Positions 38,795 to 50,255 of a DNA stretch of 64,000 bases are shown piece after piece. The position numbers and the translations under genes are program-made. Where the stretch lies: NCBI RefSeq assembly GCF_006345805.1, contig NW_021830031.1, positions 124,001 to 188,000 of the forward strand, in the 5' to 3' direction. The notes beneath the pieces are model-generated. The model saw nothing but the letters and a program-made list of their open reading frames with translations, did no database searches and had not been told where the DNA came from. The stretch comes from Octopus sinensis (lineage: Eukaryota). How positions within the stretch are numbered: the stretch's first letter is position 1; each line of letters opens with the position of its first letter.

Positions 38795-39400
38795 GGCATG
38801 ACTGTATGGTAAGAAGCTTGCTTCCCAACCACATTGTTCAAGGTTCAGTCCCACTGCATGGTACCTTGCGCTTGTGTCTTACTATAGCCTTGGGCCGACC
38901 AAAGCCTTGTGAGTGGATTTGGTAGATAGAATCTGAAAGGCGGCGAGCTGGCAGAAACGTTAGCACGCCGGCCGAAATGCTTAGTGGTATTTCATCTGCT
39001 GTTACGTTCTGAGTTCAAATTCCGCCGAGGTTGACTTAGCCTTTCATCCTTTCAGGGTTGATAAATGCACTGGGGTCGATGTAATCGACTTAATCCATTT
39101 GTCTGTCTTTGTTTGTCTCCTCTATGTTTAGCCCCTTGTGGGCAATAAAGAAATAAGAAACCAAAAGAAGCTTGTCATATATGTGTGTCTTTGTGTCTAT
39201 GTTTGTCCCCCTCATCGTCACATGATAACTGGTGTCGGTGTGTTTATGTCCCTGTAACTTGGTGGTTCAGCAAAAGAGATTGATAGAATAAGTACTAGTC
39301 TTAAAAAAATAAGTCCTGGGTTGATTCGTGCAACTAAAAACATCCTTCAAGGCAGTGCTCCAGCATGGCAACAGTCAAATGACTGAAACAAGTGAAAGAA
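38795..39400 (+). mobile_element. SINE A interrupted by a full SINE B (38939-39152)
   Basis: The SINE A sequence resumes at AAAAGAAGC after the B tail; approximate duplicated target AGAA.C..AAA. Confidence 0.82.
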
Positions 39401-39494
39401 GAAAGAATATATGTTTGTATAAATTAATTATAGTATTCAATGGAATCTAGGCACATCAACATGTAGGATGCAAGAAATGGCTAGGTACAATAAC

Positions 39495-39551
39495 ATACTT
39501 TCATGGTTGTTTTACCTCACTATGGGTGAGGTAAAACAACCGTGAAAGTAT
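39495..39551. other. Near-perfect 26-bp-stem hairpin
   Basis: ATACTTTCATGGTTGTTTTACCTCAC-TATGG-GTGAGGTAAAACAACCGTGAAAGTAT; one T:G mismatch. Confidence 0.9.
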
Positions 39552-40290
39552 CAAGTGTTTGTAGGATACTGAATAGAAGTAAGTACCAAAAATCTAATTT
39601 AATCTATAGACTGAGGGCTGGTTCTCAGTGTATTTATAAAAAGAAACACAAATGGTGTTAAATTTTAAACTCCGTTTCATCATCATTTAGCGTTCGTTTT
39701 CCATGCTAGCATGGGTTGGACGGTTCAACTGGGGTCTGTGAAGCCAGAAGGCTGCATCAGGCCCAGTCTGATCTGGCAGTGTTTCTACGGCTGGATGCCC
39801 TTCCTAACGCCAGCCACTCCGCGAGTGTAGTGGGTGCTTTTTACGTGCCACCCGCACAGGAGCCAGACGGAGCTGGCAAACGGCCACGAACGGATGGTGC
39901 TTTTATGTGCCACCGGCACGGGGGCCAGGCAAGGCCGGCAACGGACGTGTTCTTTATATTGTAGGGTGGATCTTTTTTTTTTTTTTTTCATGATTTTCGA
40001 GTTCATGATGGGGGTAGTGTGGAAAAGTTGTGAATGGACATCAAAATAACTAATGTAAGCTCTTAGAACACAGCAAAATTATCTTCTGTCTCCACAAATG
40101 CATCGAAAAATGGAAAAAGTGGAAAAATAAACGCCTCTACTTAAGGGGCTGGGACAGTCTGAGAGTATTAAGGGCTCTCGGGCATAACTGTTTACCAGGC
40201 CTCTTTGAAGGGTATAGTCAGACACATTGACCCCAGTCGAACCGTCTAACCCATGCCAGCATGATAAATGGACATTAAACGATGATGATG

Positions 40291-40330
<40 letters not shown>

Positions 40331-40333
<3 letters not shown>

Positions 40334-41470
40334 TATCATACAGCCAAGAAAGCAATATTTCGAACGCAATATAGCCATGAAAACAGCAGAAAGATTGGGT
40401 ATTTTACTCTTATAAGATGGAAAAAGTTGTCGGTAGACAGCTGGTATCTTAGAGGTTCAGGTCTGAGTCCTGTGGCTGTCATATAAGGGTAAAATATCCA
40501 ATCTTTTTGCTGTTTTCATGGCTATAATGCATTCAAAATATTACTTGTCTGTCTGATACAATACACATTCGACGCTTCCAAAACAAAAAAAAGTTTGTTT
40601 ATATATGTCGTTGCATGCATATGTGTATATATATCATCATCGTCGTTTAACGCCTGTTTTCCGTGCTGGCATGGTTTGGACGGTTTGACTGGGGACTGGC
40701 AAACCAGAAGGTTGCACCAGGCTCCAATCTGATCTGGCAAGGTTTCTACAGCTGGATGCCTTTCCTAAAGCCAACCACTCTGAGAGTGTAGCGGATGCTT
40801 TTTATGTTCCACTGGCATGGGAGCCAGTCAGGTGGCAATGGCATTGGCCACGTTTAAATTGTGCTTATTGCGTGCCACCAGCATGGGAGCCTATCAGGCA
40901 GCATTGGCATTGGCCACAACTACAATTTCCATTTTGATTTCAATTTGATTGAGATTCTGATAGTAATTTTGATGTTACTTGACTCAATAGGTCTCCTCAA
41001 GCACAGCGTGCCACCCGACGATTCAAAGGTACTTTTTAAATGGGCTGGTTATGCAACACTGGTATAGGCTGTGGCTGTGATCTCACTTTACTTGCCGGGC
41101 CTTCTCAATCACACCATACCTCCAGAGGTCTTGGTCTCTTGTCATAGCCTCTATGAGGCCCAACTTTCGATGGTTGTGCTTCACCACCTCATCATCCCAT
41201 GACTTCCACGGGTTCCTTCCACTGTAGGGAGTGACACATCTTCACACAACTCTCTTCATCCATACGCAGCACATGACCATGCCAGCACAGTCGTCTCTCT
41301 TGCACACCACATCTGATGTTTCTTACCTCCAACATTTCTCTCAAGGCGCTTACACTGTCGTGAATGCACACTGACATTACACATCCAGCAGATCATACTA
41401 GCTTCATTTCTTTCAAGCCTTCATATGTCCTCAACAGTCATGGCCCATGTTTCACTGCTGTATAGCATGG

Positions 41471-41508
<38 letters not shown>

Positions 41509-42659
41509 TATATATATCATATCATACAGCCAAGAAAGCAATATTTCGAACGCAATATAGCCATGAAAACAGCAGAAAGATTGGGTATTTTACTCTTATA
41601 AGATGGAAAAAGTTGTCGGTAGACAGCTGGTATCTTAGAGGTTCAGGTCTGAGTCCTGTGGCTGTCATATAAGGGTAAAATATCCAATCTTTTTGCTGTT
41701 TTCATGGCTATAATGCATTCAAAATATTACTTGTCTGTCTGATACAATACACATTCGACGCTTCCAAAACAAAAAAAAGTTTGTTTATATATGTCGTTGC
41801 ATGCATATGTGTATATATATCATCATCATCGTCGTTTAACGCCTGTTTTCCGTGCTGGCATGGTTTGGACGGTTTGACTGGGGACTGGCAAACCAGAAGG
41901 TTGCACCAGGCTCCAATCTGATCTGGCAAGGTTTCTACAGCTGGATGCCTTTCCTAAAGCCAACCACTCTGAGAGTGTAGCGGATGCTTTTTATGTTCCA
42001 CTGGCATGGGAGCCAGTCAGGTGGCAATGGCATTGGCCACGTTTAAATTGTGCTTATTGCGTGCCACCAGCATGGGAGCCTATCAGGCAGCATTGGCATT
42101 GGCCACAACTACAATTTCCATTTTGATTTCAATTTGATTGAGATTCTGATAGTAATTTTGATGTTACTTGACTCAATAGGTCTCCTCAAGCACAGCGTGC
42201 CACCCGACGATTCAAAGGTACTTTTTAAATGGGCTGGTTATGCAACACTGGTATAGGCTGTGGCTGTGATCTCACTTTACTTGCCGGGCCTTCTCAATCA
42301 CACCATACCTCCAGAAGTCTTGGTCTCTTGTCATAGCCTCTATGAGGCCCAACTTTCGATGGTTGTGCTTCACCACCTCATCATCCCATGACTTCCACGG
42401 GTTCCTTCCACTGTAGGGAGTGACACATCTTCACACAACTCTCTTCATCCATACGCAGCACATGACCATGCCAGCACAGTCGTCTCTCTTGCACACCACA
42501 TCTGATGTTTCTTACCTCCAACATTTCTCTCAAGGCGCTTACACTGTCGTGAATGCACACTGACATTACACATCCAGCAGATCATACTAGCTTCATTTCT
42601 TTCAAGCCTTCATATGTCCTCAACAGTCATGGCCCATGTTTCACTGCTGTATAGCATGG

Positions 42660-42690
<31 letters not shown>
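40331..42690. repeat. Tandem duplication, period 1186 bp
   Basis: TCATATCATACAGCC at 40331 and 41517; I saw only one substitution (GAGGTCT/GAAGTCT) and one (CAT) unit of difference; bounded by (TA)n. Confidence 0.95.
41195..41472 (-). mobile_element. RTE-clade LINE fragment (duplicated at about 42384-42660)
   Basis: AMLYSSETWAMTVEDI...RLERNEASM and ERRLCWHGHVLRMDEES; similar fragment at about 51600-51860. Confidence 0.8.
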
Positions 42691-42696
<6 letters not shown>

Positions 42697-42698
42697 GT

Positions 42699-43000
42699 GG
42701 AGGCGCAATGGCCCAGTGGTTAGGGCAGCAGACTCGTGGTCATAGGATCGCGGTTTCGATTCCCAGACCGGGAGTTGTGAGTGTTTATTGAGCGAAAACA
42801 CCTGAAGCTCCACGAGGCTCTGGCAGGGGGTGGTGGCAATCCCTGCTATACTCTTTCGCCACAACTTTCTCCCACTCTTTCTACTGTTGGCCTGCTCGCT
42901 TAGCCAGCGGGGTGGCGTCATTTGAAGGCTAAAACAATGTGAAGCGCATTGTGACCAGCGATGTGTAGCAACATCTGATAGCCTGGTCGGTCACGGTGAT
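42699..43000 (+). mobile_element. tRNA-derived SINE family D
   Basis: Head GGAGGCGCAATGGCCCAGTGGTTAGGGCAGCAGACTC...GGTTTCGATTCC with A/B boxes; unrelated body. Confidence 0.75.
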
Positions 43001-43038
43001 ATATAATTTATGATACAAGATGGCATGAACAGGCTTAA

Positions 43039-44337
43039 CATTTTAGCATTTAGATTTCTTTGTCAAATGTACCTCTTATTTATTCACATTGTTTTGAATT
43101 ATTCATGCATTATCTTGTAGCTTAGAGACCTCAACCCTTTCGTTACCAAGCCGCCCGAAAAAAATTTTGGTTAATGTGACCAAACTGCCCAAACCCGCCC
43201 GAATTTACCTATTCATATTTAAATGAGAATATCAGAGCAAATCTCTTTAGTACATTCGTGAAAACACGTATTATACTTCATAAACAGTTCAACTACAGTT
43301 TTGTACAATAATCGAAGTGTAATTTTAATTCCGTGAATTTTGGGAGATTTTTTTCCAAAATTGTTCCTATTGTGTTTTCACAATTTGTAATTCTGACAAA
43401 AAATGGATACGAATTTCATTATATCAAGCAGCGAGTCAGAATTCGAAGGATTTTCTACTGAAGACCTTCATAAATCTAACTCTATGACTGAAAAAAAAAA
43501 GCATGTGGTATTTGATAATGAATCTGATGTTTCATTTTCCGAAAGTGAAAACTGAATCTTAGAGCTCCGACAGCGATAAAGAAAACGAATTGGCACCTGA
43601 ATGGGGTGAAAATTTAAAAACTGTTTCTTTCGGTGATTTTTCTGAAGAAACTGGACCAAGCCACAGACTTTCCCAGAGGAGTAAAGCCTTAGACTATTTC
43701 TTTTTACTTTTTCGAATGAGCCTATTTGAAATCATTACGGCGAAAACGAACCGTTACGCTAAACGTAAACAAAGCGAAAGAAACGATAGTTTGTGGTTTC
43801 CAACCAAACCTTAAATGAAATTAAGACTATTTTGCCATAAATATTATTATGGGTATCAGAAAGTTACCCAGAATAACAGATTCTATCGTAAAATTTTGTT
43901 GTATACCCAATTGAATATTAGCTAATAACCCATTTTCTATAGCGATGTTTGAACAAAATTTTAATAATTTTATATTTTGTTGAATTTACCTGTATCTACC
44001 TGCAATTAGAGTCACTTTGTGACAAAAATTATAGTATAGAATTGGTTGAGAATATTTCATTAAATTATCTTCCAAAAATCAGATTAATATATCGATAAAT
44101 AAAAAAGTTATAGTTGTTTAATGAAACCAGACTAAATTTATGATTACGTTAGAAATTAATTGAAACACATAAGGGGTGTAATTTGGTCAGAAATATAGTA
44201 ACGAAAGGGTCAATGGTGTGTTCGTATATTTTTAGAATGATATTGTAGGGTAGGTGCAAGAGGTTGGATGTGGTCAGTTTTATTATTAAGCAGGTTGAAT
44301 ATATGAGCCAGATATGACTGGATTAAATGCTGAAGGG
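43039..44337. mobile_element. TTAA-flanked piggyBac-type MITE hosting a nested piggyBac
   Basis: TTAA-CATTTTAGCATTT ... AAATGCTGAAGGG-TTAA; related copies near 52085-52290, 53060-53548 and 58590-59407. Confidence 0.8.
43135..44209 (+). mobile_element. Internally deleted piggyBac element with PGBD4-like transposase 5' remnant
   Basis: TIRs CCCTTTCGTTAC/GTAACGAAAGGG, TCAA on both sides; remnant from ATG 43403 includes FSEETGPSHRL...LDYFFLLF...FEIITAKTNRYA and YFAINIIMGIRKLP. Confidence 0.88.
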
Positions 44338-44582
44338 TTAATCCAAACCACGACGATTGCTTCTGTGCATTAGTAACAGTTGTTAATTGCCAATTTTTCT
44401 GTGGTGACACGTAAAAGGCACCCAGGCCACTCTGTAAAGTAATTGACATTCGGAAGGGCATCCAGCTGTAGAAACTATGCCAGAACAGAAAGTGAAGCCT
44501 GGTGCAGTCTTCTGGTTTGCCAGTTCCTTTCAAACCATCCAACCCCATACCTGCATGGAAAATGTAAATATATGGGAAACTA

Positions 44583-44855
44583 CCACCTGTTTCATCTCTT
44601 GTGAAAGGTAGGAGAGTCCAGTTTGCTGGACATTGTTGTTGAGCTGAAAACGAGGTAATTTCTACTCTTCTCCTCTGGAAGCCATCTACTCGCAATACCA
44701 GAGGGCACACACTCTCCTACCCTGATGTAATCTCCAGGGATACAGGCATCCAGCAACAGGACCTGCGTAATGCTATGATGGACCGTGAAGTCTGGCGTAG
44801 CATGGTAAATTCCATTGTCTCGACCACGGTCAAACAATGATGATGACGATGATGA
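44583..44855 (+). mobile_element. 3' end of an RTE-clade LINE
   Basis: PPVSSLVKGRRVQFAGHC..AENEVISTLLLWKP...LSYPDVISRDTG...DLRNAMMDREVWRSMV; (GAT)n tail. Confidence 0.82.
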
Positions 44856-45058
44856 TGGAAAGTGGTTGTTAAATGATGATGATGACGATAAGGATGGTGA
44901 TCTGGAAATAGCTGTGTGTACTCCCACGTCATCAGGTGAGCAGTTTGGCTTTGAATGGTTTTGTAGAGGAGCTTTGAAATGCATACAATAAGGTTATTAC
45001 CAAGATGATATTAAATGAAATATATATATCATCATTTAATGTCTGTTGTCCATGCTAG

Positions 45059-45170
45059 CAGGGCTGTAGAGTCAAAGCAAAAAACTTCGACTCCGTCTCT
45101 GACTCCTGCACTATTGGCACCTCCGATTCTGACTCCTCTTTATGTAATTGATTGTGGTCTACATTATAGG
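45059..45170. mobile_element. Truncated hAT-type MITE (same family as 59130-59390)
   Basis: CAGGGCTGTAGAGTC...GACTCC...CTCTTTATG is the reverse complement of the right end of the 59130 element. Confidence 0.65.
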
Positions 45171-45191
45171 CATGTCTCTCTAACTTCCCAT

Positions 45192-45754
45192 GTCAGGAAG
45201 AAACTAATTGCATTCCTTGAAGATAATGACTTTGCTTTCTGATACCCGGAATGTCTTAAGCTCAGAAAGCTGCTGCCCTTACACAGCTTTTGCAATAACT
45301 GGGTGTTGAAACAATTAATGAATTGCTCACATGTGGATGTGATATATCTCGACTTTGCAAAGGCCTTTGATAAGGTTGATCATGGGATGATATGTCACAA
45401 ACTACAGAGATTTGGCATAACTGGGGAAATCAGAGAGTGGTTGCATGACTTCTTAACCCTTTCATTACTAACCCGACTGAAACCGGCTCTGGCTCTGTAG
45501 TATAAATATCTTGTTTTCATAAGTTTTGAATTAAAATCTTCCACCAAACCTTAGTCACAATTTATGCTCCTAACACTAGTTTAATGATAGCTAAGCTAAT
45601 TTAATAAATTCTTTGTTATATTTAAAATAATTGAAAGAAACACAGAGCATCTCAAAATAAATACAGTAATGAAAGGGCTAAAAGATAGAAGCCAGGCTGT
45701 AACAGCCAATGGAGCCCTCTCCAAGGAGACAGTAATAGAAAGTGGAGTGCCTCA
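45192..45754 (+). mobile_element. CR1/L2-group LINE reverse transcriptase fragment, interrupted
   Basis: VDVIYLDFAKAFDKVDHGMICHKLQRFGITGEIREWLHDFL | KDRSQAVTANGALSKETVIESGVP. Confidence 0.88.
45457..45677. mobile_element. 221-bp piggyBac-type MITE
   Basis: Perfect 13-bp TIR CCCTTTCATTACT/AGTAATGAAAGGG; TTAA and CTAA flanks; removing it restores the LINE frame. Confidence 0.9.
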
Positions 45755-45935
45755 ACTGCACTCCATTGAATATGTTATATGACAGGCAGAAAAGAGACGA
45801 TATGGAAAAGCAGTATTTTTTAAAATTATATTTTCTCTCTGGTTTTATGCCGAGAGTAATAAGGACTGAAACTTTACCTTTGATACATATTCATACGTAC
45901 ATGTCCGCTTACACACATGCATATACTATGGAATA

Positions 45936-46263
45936 TTGATGTACTTGACTCAATAGGTCTCCTCAAGCACACGCACACACACACACACATATATAGTCAG
46001 CAGTGTTTAGGCATAAGCGATTTGTGACGTATTTCACCTCCTAAAGGCAAATTCTACTGCAGTTAGCATTGAGGAAAAATTCTCTCCCATGGCAAAAGGT
46101 GTAAAAACCCTATATCTGTCAGGTAATTGCAGTGAATTCTCTTATGAACTCCTAAAGGCAAATTCTACTGCAGTTAGCATGGAGGAAAAATTCTCTCTTG
46201 TGGCAAAAGGTGTAAAAACCCTATATCTGTCAGGTAATTGCAGTGAATTCTCTTATGAACTCC
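45936..46263. repeat. Local repeat with an internal 111-bp tandem duplication; second copy at 47944-48158
   Basis: CTCCTAAAGGCAAATTC at 46038 and 46149; the same segment recurs after exon 2. Confidence 0.9.
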
Positions 46264-46523
46264 TCTCATCACAAACATATTGGTTTATGAACAGTTTCTC
46301 AAGCATAAAATATCTTGGACAGCAAACGCTGTCTTAAGTATTGAACATGCAAACTGGCAACACTGGTAGGTGACAAGCTAAGAGTATCAGTGGTAGAGTA
46401 GTATCAGTTACTGCCTGGTTTTTATTGAGTACACATTCTTGCTCAAATAAACTGTCCCTTATCTTATGGGAAAATAGTTTCAGTCTATGAAAATTTTGGG
46501 TGACAAACAGCCTTCAGGAACTA

Positions 46524-46971
46524 CCGTATTTGACGGCATATAGGACGCACTTTTTTCCAAAATATTTGGCTCAAAAAATCGCCCTGCGTCTAATATGCAA
46601 AGTCAAGACCCTCCCGTAGGCTAATCTTCTCCCAGACGCTCACTAACCTAGCTTACGATAAGTATTTCTACCTACGCTAACGCCTTAATGATATTTTCCG
46701 TACTCATGCATCATTATTTTATTGCTAGTATTATTATTATTACCAGTATTATTACTTTAAATACGAATGGTTAAAAAGATGATTAAAGATGATTACTATT
46801 GTAATTTGTATGCTTTCCTTTTGTATGCTTGCTTTTATGCAGCAATGTTTTCTGCTTTTGTAATGTGCTGCTAGACTGCTTTCAACAATACATGCTTAAA
46901 TACACTTAAAAATTTTTTCATGAATTTGACCTGCTGAAATGAGGGTGCGTCTAATATGCCGTCAAATACGG
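46524..46971. mobile_element. Tc2/pogo-like MITE, 448 bp
   Basis: TA-CCGTATTTGACGGCATATAGGACGCAC ... GTGCGTCTAATATGCCGTCAAATACGG-TA. Confidence 0.9.
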
Positions 46972-47065
46972 TAATTAATTTTGTTATCAGAGGTTCCACT
47001 CTCTAATACTCTCACTGCATACTCTGATACTCTGCCTGACTTATTGATACAAAATATTTTATACC

Positions 47066-47281
47066 TATTTCTTTATTACCCACAAGGGGCTAAACATAGA
47101 GGGGACAAACAAGGACAGACATAGGTATTAAGTCGATTACATCGACCCCAGTGCGTAACTGGTACTTAATTTATCGACCCCGAAAGGATGAAAGGCCAAT
47201 TTGAACTCACAACGTAACGGCAGACGAAATACGGCTACGCATTTTGCCTGGCGTGCTAACGTTTCTGCCAGCTCGCCACCT
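47066..47281 (-). mobile_element. SINE B with 11-bp target duplication
   Basis: TATTTTATACC at 47055-47065 and 47286-47296. Confidence 0.88.
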
Positions 47282-47350
47282 ACTTTATTTTATACCAATA
47301 ATATTTATGATTATATTTTATTCCAATATATTTCTTTTTCCTTTTTCCAG

Positions 47351-47407
47351 ATAAACTTTCACCCAAGCTGAAACCAAGCATGGCCACAAAAAAGAAACTG
47401 ACACAAG
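47351..47407 (+). CDS. CHAF1A: CHAF1A coding exon 2 (DKLSPKLKPSMATKKKLTQ)
   Basis: TTTTTCCAG| ... CAAG|GTAACC, 57 nt, phase 1-1; joined to exon 3 it gives KKLTQARLSF, compared with the recalled vertebrate PIP1 KKLIQARLPF. Confidence 0.9.
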
Positions 47408-47589
47408 GTAACCTTACCATTTATGAAGATTGTTGTTGTTTAATCTCAAGTCTACCTTGATCCACTTTACCTCTGATTAAAGATGTTCCAGTCATCATTT
47501 TCATTTTTGGTGTTTAGAGACAGCCATGGTGTAATTAGGTCTGCATTATCTAATGTGTCTTTCTTGGATGTAGATTAACTGATATATCA

Positions 47590-47975
47590 TCATCATCGTT
47601 TTAACGTCCGTTTTCCATGCTAGCATGGGTTGGATGGTTCACCCGGGGTCTAGGAAGCCAGGAGGCTACACCAGGCTCCAGTTTGATCTGGCAGTGTTTC
47701 TACAGCTGGATGCTCTTCCTAACGCCAACCACTCCATGAGTGTATTGGGTGCTTTTTACATGTGACTGGCACAGGGGCCAGAGGAGGCTGGCAACGGCCA
47801 TGATCGGTTGGTGCTTTTTATGTGCCACCAGCACGGACGCCAGTCAAGGCGGTGCTGGCAATGACCACGTTTGGATGCTGCTTTTTATGTGCCACTGGCA
47901 CAGGTATCACAACTACAATTTCCATTTGATTTTTATTTTGATGTTGATGTACTTGACTCAATAGGTCCCCTCAAG
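47590..47975 (-). mobile_element. SINE C
   Basis: (CAT)n tail then the family C body; inverted relative to the copy at 48330-48710. Confidence 0.82.
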
Positions 47976-48258
47976 CACACAGACACATATATAGTCAGCA
48001 GTGTCAATCCCAAGCAGTGTTTAGGCATAAGCAATTTGTGATGTATTTCAACTCCTAAAGGCAAATTCTACTGCAATTAGCATGGAGGAAACATTCTCTC
48101 TTATGGCAAAAGGTGTAAAAAACCCATATCTGTCAGGTAATTGCAGTGAATTCTCTTAGAAGTTGAAATCTGTCACAAACATGTTAACTAACCTAAAGTT
48201 AGCACACACACACACACATATATATATATATACATGCATACATATGTGTGTGTGTATG

Positions 48259-48297
<39 letters not shown>

Positions 48298-48329
48298 GAT
48301 TGCATAAATAACAAGGGTACAAGAAATTA

Positions 48330-48710
48330 ATATTATGCTTGTGCTAGTAGGGTTCCAAGAGCACCATCCGAGCGTGATCGTTGCCAGAGCAGCCGACTGG
48401 CTTCCGTACCCATGGCATGTAAAAGGGCACCATTTGAGCGTGATCGTTACCAATGTCGCTTCACTGGCACGTGTAAAAAGATTCGAGCGAGGTCATTGCC
48501 AGTGCCGTCTGACTGGCCCCCTTGCCGGTGGCACGTAAAAAGGACCCACTACACTCTCGGAGTGGTTGGCGTTAGGAAGGGCATCCAGCTGTAGAAACTC
48601 TGCCAGATCAAGATTGGAGCCTGGTGCAGCCATCTGGCTTGCCAGCCCTCAGTCAAAATTGTCCAACCCATGCTAGCATGGAAAGCGGACGTCAAACAAT
48701 GATGATGATT
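48330..48710 (+). mobile_element. SINE C
   Basis: Ends GGAAAGCGGACGTCAAACAATGATGATGAT. Confidence 0.82.
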
Positions 48711-48811
48711 ATTATGCTCTATACTCAACTATTGCTTTTCTCTGAAGCATATGCAGATTCAGTTCTCACACCAGGTTATTAGTATCACTAATCCTAAATG
48801 AAATATATATA

Positions 48812-48972
48812 GCACCCCTGCTGGTGACACGACGTAAAGGGTGCCCTTGCTGGTGACATGTAAAGGGTGTCCTTGCTGGTGACACGGCGTAAAGGGTGCC
48901 CTTGCTGATGACACGTAAAGGGCATCATTGCTGGTGACACGTAAAGGGCTCCCTTGCTGGTGACATGTAAAA
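48812..48972. repeat. 26/29-bp tandem array, 6 units, within a SINE C
   Basis: Unit CCCTTGCTGGTGACACGTAAAGGGTG. Confidence 0.88.
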
Positions 48973-49657
48973 GACACGCATTACACTCTGTAAAGTGGTT
49001 GGCATTAGGAAGAGCATCCAACCATGGAAACCAAGCTGAAACGGACATCTGGAGTCTGGTGCAGCTCTGGCTTACTGAGTCAAATCAGTCTAACCCATGC
49101 CAGCATGGAAAACAGATGTTAAATAATCATGATGATTGATAGGTATGTATGTATGTGTGTCCATGTGTTAATATATATGTCAAGTCACTCTTAAACTCTT
49201 AGTGTTTCTGGTAGCATAGAACCCAGTAAAACCTCAACGAGAAGGAAAACTCTGATGTAATAGTTGTGACTTTGTTTGCATATAATGATGAAGACGAGTT
49301 TTTTATAAGCAAATTCTTACATTTTTCAGAGGATGGGGTCGGCCCTGTGCAAGTCATTTCCTCACTTGAAAACTTTTGAAGCACAGGCATCGCTGGATTA
49401 TTAACATTTCTGCTTTGTGTTGCATTCTATGGCTGGGCGTAGCTTAGAAAGACAAAACACTTAATGAAAAATTCCATGGTAGAATGCTTTGCAATATTCA
49501 TTACAGTTCCCTGCATTCTGAGTTCAAATCTTGCTGGAGTCAACCTCACCTTTCATCCTTTCGGATGTTGAATAAATATTAGCTGAGTGCTGGAGTTCAG
49601 CACTAGCGTCAGTTCTTTTATTCTCTCTTTCTCACATTCTTCCACTCTCTGGAAGTA

Positions 49658-50255
49658 CCGTATTTTAATGTGTATAAAGAAACCTCGTGTATAAGGCACT
49701 CCTTGATTTTCTGGGCCTGAAATTTGGAAAAAAGGTTTTGTAAGGGATTATAATACTATCCATATATAAGAAACTCCTATATTTTTTTAACTTAATTTTT
49801 CACAAAAAAAAGGTTTCCTTATAGGCGCAGGAGTGGCTGTGTGGTAAGTAGCTTGCTTACCAACCATATGGTTCTGGGTTCAGTCCCACTGCGTGGCACC
49901 TTGGGCAAGTGTCTTGTACTATAGCCTCGGGCCAGCCAAAGCTTTGTGAGTGGATTTGGTAGACGGAAACTGAAAGAAGCCCGTCATATATATGTATATA
50001 TATATATATATATGTGTGTGTATCTTTGTGTGTCTGTGTTTGTCCCCCTAGCATTGCTTGACAACCGATGCTGGTGTGTTTATGTCCCCGTCACTTAGCA
50101 GTTCGGCAAAAAGTGACTGATAGAATAAGTACTGGGCTTACAAAGAATAAGTCCCAGGGTCGATTTGCTCGACTAAAGGCGGTGCTCCAGCATGGCCGCA
50201 GTCAAATGACTGAAACAAGTAAAAGAGTAAAAAGTTATACACGTTAAAAGTACGG
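49658..50255. mobile_element. Tc2/pogo-like MITE with a full SINE A (49824-50234) inserted in its right TIR
   Basis: TA-CCGTATTTTAATGTGTATAA ... TTATACACGTTAAAAGTACGG-TA; TTATA is duplicated around the SINE. Confidence 0.88.
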
